This document shows, one piece after another, positions 12,500-21,837 of a DNA stretch of 64,000 nt. Positions within the stretch are counted from its first letter, which is position 1; each line of letters opens with the position of its first letter. A model generated the notes under the pieces. The model was given only the letters and a program-made list of their open reading frames with translations, did no database searches and had not been told where the DNA came from. The DNA lies in the NCBI GenBank assembly GCA_030704615.1, contig CM060731.1, forward strand, positions 21,080,001 to 21,144,000. The letters run 5' to 3'. The stretch comes from Takakia lepidozioides (Eukaryota > Plantae > Bryophyta). Position numbers and translations under genes: made by a program.

Positions 12500-13969
12500 C
12501 TACTCAGCCATAGCCAAGCTGATAATCCAGGTCAAGCAATTGAGATCCATTGCTTGCCCCAACACCTGACAACGTGATGCCTCAGAAAGAGATGGCACCG
12601 CCGTGGTACCAGTGGTAAAACCCATCGCCTGCTCGCGCTCGTCAACATTGGGCTCCACTAATTGTTGCAATTGGCTATCCCACAAGAGGCCAGGTCCACC
12701 ATCCCGAAAAGCATGGGATCCTGGGAAGCTGAGCAGTGTAGGTAATGCTACTTGTGGTTGACCCACATTGTTGACCACTGCCAAAGGCAAACGGTCAGCG
12801 TGTCTCACACGTTGAGACTGCCTCCTTGTGTCCAAAATGCTATCCACTGTGAAGTGTGCTGGCCGCTGCACCCCATCAAATGCACGCTTGAGCAGTGCGG
12901 GTGGCATCAAGTTAGTCCACCATAGCCGTGGACGATGAGCCCGTGACCCCACTGCAGCTGCATCCAGCAACACTGCTGACCCAAGCCACGACCAGACTTG
13001 ATGCACACTGACCATCACCCTGGCCCGAGAATCACCCATCAGTGGCACATTCTCCAAGATGTATGCTAGAGATACAGCTTGATGAAGCTGCAAGTGGCGC
13101 AAAACCCGCACCATCTCCCAAAACAGACCCGTCCTCGAGTCTCGCAATCCATTGTCATGCCCAGCTGATGAATGCCCTTGGCAGGGCCAACCTGCCACTA
13201 CTCGATCAATGGAGCCAACCTGCTCCAAATCCTGTGCCCCCAGCAACGAAATGTCTGCTGACAAGGCTTGTTGGTATCCACGAACTGCAAACACTGGCAA
13301 CAAATCAGGGTACTGCTGTACCAACTGAGCAACATGGCGCAGTGAGACGCGTCGTGCAGTTTCATCCCTCTCCACATACAGGTAACGTCGAACTCGTACA
13401 CCTGCCTGCAGTACTGCAGCCAATCCAGTGCTGATCCCGCCAAACAAGTCCAGAAGGCATATGCCTTCATCCGGGCATTGCCACACAAGAGGTGTGGTGT
13501 CCAATGGCGACAACTGAGGTGGTCCTGGTGCAATCACCGCACTCTCCTCTTCTCCTGACGGTATGAAGGCCTCTACCCAGGCTTGTTGTACCCGTCCATC
13601 AGCAGCCTGCTGCAAATCCTTGCTTGTACCCCACAATGGAGTGTGAGCAACCATGGCAGGCAACTCCGCCGTACCATGCATGTCATCCTGCTCTGCTGAA
13701 GGTGGCACATCCTCTGCATGGGCATTGCCTTCCAGCAACTCTCCAGGCCAACTAATTGTAGCTGTAAAGGCGGCTAGTGTTGGCATCTTGCCCCGCTGGG
13801 CAGCCGCAGTACCCCCAATGAATGTCACAGGGAGCTGTGCATGACGACCATCCCCTGACTGCCATCCAGGCCTGTAGGATGCTGACTCCTCCCAAAAGTC
13901 CAGGGTGAAGCCTATGGGATATAACATTGTGCCACCAACGAGGACATCGTAAGAGACCGCATCTGTCAC
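12500..13969 (-). CDS. DNMT3-like C5 cytosine DNA methyltransferase domain within the retrotransposon pol (uninterrupted 489-aa stretch; domain ~13465-12510)
   Basis: Motif I LLDLFGGISTG, II YLYVE, IV AGWPCQGHS, VI YILENV, VIII DAAAVGSRAHRPRLWWTNL (DNMT3 has DAKEVSAAHRARYFWGNL), IX EREQAMGF, X RCQVLGQAMD; in frame with the upstream protease across one TGA. Confidence 0.93.
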   Translation of the reverse strand: MTDAVSYDVLVGGTMLYPIGFTLDFWEESASYRPGWQSGDGRHAQLPVTFIGGTAAAQRGKMPTLAAFTATISWPGELLEGNAHAEDVPPSAEQDDMHGTAELPAMVAHTPLWGTSKDLQQAADGRVQQAWVEAFIPSGEEESAVIAPGPPQLSPLDTTPLVWQCPDEGICLLDLFGGISTGLAAVLQAGVRVRRYLYVERDETARRVSLRHVAQLVQQYPDLLPVFAVRGYQQALSADISLLGAQDLEQVGSIDRVVAGWPCQGHSSAGHDNGLRDSRTGLFWEMVRVLRHLQLHQAVSLAYILENVPLMGDSRARVMVSVHQVWSWLGSAVLLDAAAVGSRAHRPRLWWTNLMPPALLKRAFDGVQRPAHFTVDSILDTRRQSQRVRHADRLPLAVVNNVGQPQVALPTLLSFPGSHAFRDGGPGLLWDSQLQQLVEPNVDEREQAMGFTTGTTAVPSLSEASRCQVLGQAMDLNCLTWIISLAMAE

Positions 13970-13981
13970 AATGGCCTTGGC

Positions 13982-14314
13982 TCACATCACTGAGTCATCC
14001 ATAGGATGATCCGGCTGCAGTCTAATGGCCAACTCACGTCTTGTCATGCCCCGAGCCTGCTCTGATCCTCCCAGAGATGTCTGTATCTGGAAAGGACAAG
14101 GCTCCATATCCGCCTCCATGAGGCCCAAACCTGCAATAGCAGCTCTGCCCAACATCAGTGGCTGAGCTCCCGAGTCCAACAAGACCCGCAGTGGCCGGTT
14201 CTTCTTGCCTGCGGGTCCACTCAAAGAGAAAATGTCATCCTGGTTGTCTAACAAGTCAACTCCAGGTGTCACCATGGCGCGCTCAAAGGCTGGCCTAGCT
14301 GGCACCTCCGTCAA
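13982..14314 (-). pseudogene. Retropepsin aspartic protease (copy 2)
   Basis: LRVLLDSGAQPLMLG; the TGA at 13984-13982 corresponds to Arg in the other copy (VMRAKAIV). Confidence 0.88.
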
Positions 14315-15119
14315 CCTGGCAGCTGCAGCTTGCCGAGGATTCCTCTGCCACTACACCTTCCAGTAACTCCGCAGAAGATGAAGTGACCTCCCCACTCTCA
14401 CAGAGTGTTGCTGCTAGTCTGAACACTGCAGCTGGTCTTACCCCCGGCGTCGCAATCATGGTTGCCGAAAACAGTGGGGCTCGACACAAAGAGGTGGCTG
14501 CCCCAAACAACACCGGGCTGCACTAGCCTTGGTAGCAGGTGTCAGTGATGCACGTGTAGCTCTCCCCAATGGCATAGTAACCTCCGCTCGGTAACAGTCG
14601 GGCGAGAACTAGGTGCCATGGATGGCGTCAACACTGTCTCCGCCAATGTGAATGACTGAGGAAGCCTCGCCTGATGGCTTGCCTCCCCACGCTGTGGATC
14701 CAACTCCACCTCTGCACCTCGTGGCTCAGGAACTCGTGCTGCTCCTCTCGAGTCACTGCGCACATACTCCCACAGCCACCTGCTCTAGTGGTAGTGCTGC
14801 TCCGCACATGAATCCCATGCCTCCCATATCTTCTCCCTCAGGAGCAGGCGGTGGACCATCCTGCTACTTGTTCCACTACTAGTGCTGGCTGTGGGAGATA
14901 TTGGTGCTGATGCAGCTACTGGTCGCGTTGTGCCTCGAGTAATGGAGACGTAGTCAGGTGACCAACACATCCTCCACTCTCAATCTCTGCTTCATGTCTC
15001 TCGCCTGAACTCGTGGTAATCGTCCATAGGCGGGCCTCCAAATGCTGGACAGTCCCCTTCCACGCCATGAATGGGGTGAACAGCTGTGGATTGCGCATCT
15101 GCTGCAGATCACACCAGCT

Positions 15120-16332
15120 GTACTTGCGTACTTTAATCCCAGCTTGCAACACTCCTGCAAGCCCAGTGCTCATGCCTCCAAACAGGTCTAGCAAACAAAT
15201 CCCTGGTCAGTGGTTTCCAGATAGGGCACTGTATCCAAAGGAGCTAACTGAGGAGGTTCAGGTGATGTCACTGAACTCCCCTCACTCACCAATGGATAGG
15301 CCTCCTGCCATGCTTGGTGCACACACTCGCCTACTACTTGATGCAAATTCCTAACTGTACCCCACAGTGGAATATGAACAGACACATGAGGAAGCAATCA
15401 GCCTTGTATGCCAATTGTTTGTCCTCATTAGGTGGTGGCCTATCATCTACATGGCTATTGCCCTCCAAGAGCTCACCACCCCAAGCCACCACCTGTGAGA
15501 ATGCAGCCAATGTGGGCATCATGTTCCTATGATCCACCGCTACATTTCCAATAAACCGCACTAGGAACAGTGCACGCCGACCATCCCCTGACTGCCATTC
15601 CGGCCTGTAGGATGTCGTTTCCTCCCAAAAGACCAAAGTAAAGCCCATCGGGTATAACACAGCCCCACCAACAAGTACATCATAAGACATCACGTCCGTA
15701 ACAATGGCTTTAGCTCTCATGACAGAGCCATCTGTAGGATGATCTGGCTGCAATCGAATGAAGAGCTCATGGTGTGTAATCCCTCGTGCCTTCTCTGAAC
15801 CGCCCAAAGATGTTTGAATTTGGAAAGGACAAGGCTCCAAATCCGCCTCTGTAAGGCCCAAGCCTGCAATTGCTGCTCTCCCCAACATCAATGGTTGTGC
15901 TCCCAAGTCCAACAAGACCCGCAGTGGCCTATACCTCCTCCCGGCCGGGCCACCCAACTGAAACACACCATCCTGATTGTCCACCAGGACTACCCCAGGA
16001 GTCACCATACTACGCTCAATGGCTGGTCTAGTTGACAACTCTTGCAACCTTGCAGCTGCCGCTTGCCATGGCGCAGCTGTGGCTGTCTTCACCCTTGAAT
16101 CCAGGGCATCCATGCACTGCACCTGATCCGTTATCCCCGCAGATAGTGCCGATGCATCACCACTCTCACAGAGTCTAGCTGCCAGTCTAAACACTGCAGC
16201 TGGCCGCATCCCCGGCATTGCAATTGTCGTGGCAGAAAATAATGGAGCTTGGCAAATTGTCGTAGCCGCCCCCAACAATGTATTGGCTGCACCTTGCTTT
16301 GCTGCACCACCCACTGGCATTTCCCGAGCCAC
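15120..16332 (-). pseudogene. Aspartic protease (copy 1) followed by a truncated DNMT start
   Basis: RVLLDLGAQPLMLG..YDVLVGG, then VC*LDLFGGMSTGLAGVLQAGIKVRKY, fused at ~15120 to a duplicated gag segment. Confidence 0.85.
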
Positions 16333-16869
16333 ACCAACTCTCCCAATGACACTCGTGGCTCTATTTCTGACACACTTGGGCGAGCGGGTGCCATCAATGG
16401 CATAGTTGGCACTGTCTCAGCCAATGTGAAAGACTGTGGAAGCCTTGTCTACCGACTTGCTTCCCCTCTTTGTGGATCAAAATCCCACCGCTCCTCTTGG
16501 CTCAGGAGCACGCGTTGCTGCTCGAGTGATAGCAGCTGCAGAGTCCACATGCAATGGTCCTGCAAGTGCGGCTCCACACATGAAGCCCATACCAATCTGG
16601 TCTTCCCTGGGCATAGGAGGTTGTGCAGGTGGGGCTTGAACCTCAAGCCTTAGAGCTGGCGCAACATGAGTAGTGGCCATGGCAGCAAGACGTTGCTCTA
16701 GCTGGGCAAGTCTATCCACCATGCTTGGTCATGACCTTGACCCTGACCCTGTGCTCCTTGATTTTGGTTACGTCCTCCACCCCGACCTCTGCCTCCTCTA
16801 CCTCTCTGGACTACATTGCCTCGTCCTTGGCCACCATTGTCCCCTTGGAACCGGCCTGGCCGTAGCTCA

Positions 16870-18106
16870 AGATGCAAGTCATAACAATGGGCCTCTTCAT
16901 GCCCATACTTGTCACAATGCCCACATTGGAGTTGTGTAGACTGTGCCTGTGCCGGCCCTTTGCCTCTCTCCGGGCAATCTCTCTTAACATGGGGTCCTCC
17001 ACAATCCCAACATGTTACACTCGACTGTTGTTGGCTTGAGAATGAAGGAAGTGACCTCTGTAATTGAGATCCTCTCGGCCCTTCCCTAGGCTTCGCCTGA
17101 GCCCCCTTGTTGCCTTGAGCACGTTGGGGTAGTGGTTGTTGTTGGCTAGGAGCCCCACTTCATTGTGTCTCCTGCCCAAACCCCACATGACCATGACTCT
17201 CGCTCCTCCACCATATTGAGTTCTATCCGCTCTGCCAGCAAAAACACGTTTGCTCAGGTAGGTTGGGCCACTTGTAGGAGAGTTGCATCTTGCATCCTTC
17301 TCCTCAGCTCCTTGTCCAATATCCCATACCAGAATTGGACTGCTTGAGCTTCCGTAACCCCTTGGGTTACATTTATCAATCGCCTCATGCGCATGTAAGC
17401 CTCCTTCAAACTCTCGGCAGGCTTTCGTTGAAACTCTTGCAAACTCCGCAATTTCTCCGTCCTTATCCCTTGGTAGTTTCTCCTTAACTCCTCGAAGAAC
17501 TCCACAACTGGGTTAAAGGCAGGCACGGGTGTTGGTGTTGCAACAGGAGCTTGGGTGGACTTCCCAGCTCTTGTTCCACTTGACGTCCACTGCTGCTTGC
17601 GGAAGCTGTCGGTGTAGCTGCCGGTGTCACCACTGCCCTTGTGCCTCTAGTGATGGAGACATAGTCAGGTGACCAACAATACCCCCGCCATTCCTCAATC
17701 TCCACCTCATCTCCCCGCCTAAACTCATGGTAGTCATCCATGGGCGGCCCCTTAAGGTACTGAAACAACCCTTTCCACGCCATAAAAGGCGTAAACAATT
17801 GTGGATTGCGCATCTGCTGCAAATCACACAAACTATCAAACTCCTATATGAAATCAACAAGCTGGTGCCCACAGCTCCAGAGTACCGACGTGGCCCCTTG
17901 GTAACTCCATACATTTCCTCTATCGTATCCCACAACAATGGCACGGAAATGGCTTGCATCCTCGGCGAGAATCCTCCTAACTCTGGGTCTGAACCTTCCT
18001 CAGAAGACACTGAAGGTGAAGGTGGCCTAAACCGCAGACCTCGTCTTATATACCCACTAGTATCGCTGGTGCTCGTACCGGCACTCTCCTCAGCAACTGG
18101 TGGCAC
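16870..18106 (-). pseudogene. Gag with two zinc knuckles
   Basis: Capsid-like FFEELRRNYQG..LQEFQRKPAESLKEAYMR; hand translation of 17015-16880 gives CWDCGGPHVKRDC and CGHCDKYGHEEAHC (CX2CX4HX4C). Confidence 0.85.
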
Positions 18107-18156
18107 CTCCGTGATGAAAACTCACAACCACACATGTTGTAAACCTGTTTCTAACC

Positions 18157-19231
18157 CCTGGGGGGTGCACCCCAGCCAACCTGTACTAGCCACGTGCGTG
18201 CACAGGAGGGGGTATTTTTAACCCCCCCATGTACAACATTATACATACATAGGGGGGTAAAGCAACACCTTGAATATAAGTCTACAGCAAGGGATTAGCA
18301 TGATTAGGAGGGTAGTGTAGTGGTAAGGGTCACCATTGCCACGACTCTCATCGCAGGTTCAAATCTCACGGTGTCTTGAATTTTTCGAAAACTTTGAAAA
18401 TATGTATATCACAATGCAGATTTGAGCCCAAGACCACTGGCACACCATGACCAATTCCATACCACTAGGCTGGTCCATGGTTCTTGAAACAATTATAATG
18501 TTAAATAGTAATATACAATAAAGACAATATTTTGTTTTGTATCATTGTTGAGATCTCCCCAACCGCGGGCCCCAGCCCTGGTGTTTGGTACCGTTGGAAA
18601 GCCCTCAATGAGGAGGGGTGCACTGGCTTGGTCTCATAATTTTGGAACTTGCGGTGTGGGAGATATGAAATTTCAAGTACTTTTGGTCGTTGGAAACTCG
18701 CAAAAAATAGCAAAATGGGCTTTCTTGCAACAATTACTGGCCATTTTTATCTTTGTACACGGGGACATAAATTGTAAATAATTGGGTTTGTTTTTCAATA
18801 TGGCATGAACACAATATTGTTTGTAGGGTCCTTGAGATCTCCCACACCACAAGGCCTCTAGCCACGATTTTGGTACCGTTGGAAAGCCCTCAATGAGTAG
18901 GGATGCACCGACTTGGTTTCATAAAATTTGGACCTACATAGTAGTATAGGCCGCGGTCTGTTTTTAAATGAATAAACTTGATATAATAATAATAATAAAT
19001 ACATATATATATTTGAGGGTATTTTTTAATGATTCAAAAAAGAAATATACATACAGCAGGGGTACTTTTTTAAAATTACAAATTTCTATATATTTACAGG
19101 AGGGGATTTTATAATCTTCAAAGTATGTACAGAGGGGTATAAATGATCCAAGGACCCATATACAGGGGGATTTTTTATTAGGCGGCGAACGCACGTGATA
19201 CAGACATTTTATAAAGAGTGCACCCCCCAGG
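18157..19231. mobile_element. Non-autonomous hAT-type TIR element (MITE)
   Basis: Perfect 14-bp TIR CCTGGGGGGTGCAC/GTGCACCCCCCAGG; 8-bp TSD ttctaacc/ctctaacc (7/8); AT-rich, non-coding; internal ~110-bp direct repeat (18545-18660, 18830-18940). Confidence 0.9.
18310..18480. other. Two convergent degenerate tRNA-like (A/B-box) sequences inside the MITE
   Basis: Plus strand: TAGTGTAGTGG...GGTTCAAATCT (18313-18366). Minus strand: GCCTAGTGG...GGCTCAAATCT (18470-18418). No convincing cloverleaf. Confidence 0.45.
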
Positions 19232-19789
19232 CTCTAACCCCTTTCCACAAGGTAACCGGGTAGAGAACCTGTTGCGGCTTATGGCTTAGACTACTAGGTT
19301 CGTAACATAAACCTGCACTTGCATCCACCGCAAGCACTCATATGGTCTGCTGGTCATCAACCCAGCCTCAGCATAAGAGAAACAATGGTGGTCTGACTGG
19401 TCATCACCCCAGCCTCACCACCGACAGCATGCTCTAGGATTGGCCGGTGATCAAATCTGGACCAACCTCCTATGAAAACAAGCGCCCACACAAAACTGAC
19501 ATGGCGCACAGTCAAGCATGCAGGTGTGGGGGGGATCCAAACACAAGAAAATCAAGACAGTAACTCTTCCACACCAAAAAAAACACTCCACAATGTCGCT
19601 CCTACAAAGACACTCTAGCCCAAACCCGGACTGACTCTTGCCTCTACCTACGGAAAGGTTTTGGCCTACATAGAGGGTGAAGACTACGAGGAAGAGAGAC
19701 TAAAGCATTCCTATCCCAGATGCTCTCATCCCACTAGTCTCCCCCTATCTCTAAACGCTCTTGCTCATGACCAACAGACATAACCTACC

Positions 19790-20170
19790 TTCTAGGGTCT
19801 CTCAAATAACTCTGCAAAAGCCTCAGATGTCTCTCAAACAATCTCCAAAGGCCCCCAAAGCCTGCCAAACAATCTCACTAAGGCCCCCAAAGCCTGCCAA
19901 ATCTTGGCCCTCAAGGACTCCAAAAAGTCCTTCAGACAAGTTGCCAAAGACTCCTTAAGCTCGCCAAATATTAGCCTCCAAGGACCCCAAAATAGTCCTC
20001 CAAATAGCCCTCCAAAGCTCCAAATGTTTGCCAAATATTGGTCTTCAGGGACCCCCAATAGTCCTCCAAACAGTCCTCCAAACACCCCTTCAAGAGCTCT
20101 TCAAGTGTCTTACAAAAGCTCCTCAAAGGACCCCCCAAAGATCCTCCAAAGGCAATACTCCTCCAGATAC
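19790..20170. repeat. Degenerate low-complexity minisatellite (cctccaaa / ccccaaag)
   Basis: Repeated short units visible by eye. Confidence 0.6.
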
Positions 20171-20231
20171 ACCCTAGATCTCATACACTTTTAATGAAAA
20201 CGTATGGTAGGAAAAGTCTCTCCAGTTGTAT

Positions 20232-20399
20232 CCATACACTGTTCACAAAGAGTATGGTGGGGCAGATGGAGCCCATACTTTGTTCACAAAAACGTATGTT
20301 GGGCAGAGGGGGCCCATACTCTGTTCACAAAAGTGTATGTTAGGCAGAGGGTTCCATACTCTGTTCACAAAAGTTATGATGGGCAGAGGGAGCCCATAC
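20232..20399. repeat. ~41-bp tandem repeat, about 4 copies
   Basis: Unit cccatactctgttcacaaaagtgtatgttgggcagaggg. Confidence 0.9.
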
Positions 20400-21837
20400 C
20401 TAGTTTCTTGAAGAGTATGGAGACTAGGGTTTGTAGAGTAAAGTAAGAAACACCTTCTTCATGGTATCTTCCCCCCTAACATGCATGCAAGATTGCATTA
20501 TCTTACTTTGCAATGCATTCATCCCAAATTGACAAGTTCCTCTTGATCTCCTTGGAACTCATAGCAAGCTAATGTGCCCAATGACAAGCGCCAAGCCTTG
20601 CTTGAATTTGAATTTTGTATGCCATCTTCATGTGCTTTCCCTTGCATGGGCTAGTCACACACACTTCCACCTCTTGACCTAGGTGTTCTCTTCATTCATC
20701 ATAATGTGTATCCACACCTCTATTCAAGAGCTCATCTTCTCAAACTTGAAGTCACAAGCCCTAAATAACATGCTCCACATAAGCATCACTTGCTTGATCA
20801 ACCATCCACCACAAAACTTAAGCAAAAAGGGAGTGAATACATGAGCTTCACCTTCCCCTTCCTTGTCTTGTCACATGCTAATGTATGGTTGAAGTTGTTA
20901 TGCATGCCGTGAGCCACAATCTCTTTTCTTCGTGAAGACCACCTCCAATGATCTCCCACATGTGCTCCAAGTTCTTCAATACTCTAGGCTTGGTTTCACA
21001 TCATCATGGATAGAATTCTCACCCACATGCTTCCCTTTGGAGTCATCTTGAGCTTCTTGATGCTCTCCAAGTGGTTGCTTTTGTTGTCTTCAAGCCCTAG
21101 CCTATGTAGCTCCTTGGCTTTTCTTCCACAACATGCATCACCTCATACACAAGGAATGAACTTGCTCACTTCACCTTCTAGCTCTCCTCAAACTTGAATT
21201 GGAAGCCACACTTGGAAAGCATGCTCCACACATGCGTCACTTGCTTGGTCAATCACTTGCTTCACCAAGAGCAATCCAAGAACTCATAGAACTAGCAAAA
21301 GCACTCCCTTCCAGCGCCGCCTTTGCTTGCTTGTTTGTCAACCAAATAAAACCCCACTTGGCTTCATTTCACCATGGATAGAACACCACTTCTTAGCTTC
21401 TCTTGAGCTACTCAATGCTCCTCAAGCTACCCTTGTTGTACTCCTTCTATTCCAACCCAAGCATGTGCCGCTCTTTGGCTTCTCTTTCAGACCATGAACA
21501 AGTACTAGAGCTTGCTCTTGAAACCCTAGTGTCTATCTTCTCCACACACAAGACGCTTCTCTTGTGATGCAATAACTCTTTTCCAAGCTCTCAAACCCTT
21601 AGTGCACATACAAGCACTTACCTTGCAAAACCATGCAAGCTTTGTGATACAAGAGCTCTCTCCTTAAGCTCTCCACCTCTATAGAGAAAAGTAATGCTTC
21701 TCAAACCCTAACATCCATGTTCTCCACGCCACAAGGATTTTCCTTTGCTACACCTGCAACACCTTGCAACACAAGAGCTCTTTACCAAGCTCTCTCCAAC
21801 ACACAAGTGCTAACCTAACCCTTATACTCCGCACTCA
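20400..21837 (-). mobile_element. Inverted continuation of the degenerate LTR element begun at 3569
   Basis: Minus strand reads TGAgtgcggagtataagggttaggttagcacttg, parallel to ctgTGAgtgcaagg..agggttagcacttg in the related LTR near 25935; CpG-depleted, no intact ORF. Confidence 0.65.

Larger units (their letters stand above)
12030..19776 (-). mobile_element. Ty3/gypsy LTR retrotransposon with a DNMT3-like domain; composite of two internally deleted copies
   Basis: Order on minus: LTR (19776-18135), gag, 2 zinc knuckles, protease, DNMT motif I, junction at ~15120, gag fragment, protease, full DNMT, start of the RT region (RAYKNCFAFSLKDLG), truncated at ~12030. Confidence 0.92.
18135..19776 (-). 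repeat. 5' LTR of the Ty3-DNMT element (~560 bp after removing the MITE)
   Basis: Reads TGTTG...CAACA on minus; 19400-19670 is the reverse-complement homologue of 28880-29148; a TGG begins 4 nt downstream (candidate PBS). Confidence 0.7.

Noticed and set aside
12500-13969. Bacterial restriction-modification methylase or host DNMT3 gene
   Set aside because: It is intronless and in frame with retroviral protease and RT, is repeated in several TE copies, and has no endonuclease partner.
18310-18370. Functional tRNA gene
   Set aside because: Boxes are present but the acceptor and anticodon stems do not pair convincingly.
20232-20399. 41-bp repeats as a CRISPR array
   Set aside because: Units are contiguous with no unique spacers, there are no cas genes, and the context is eukaryotic.
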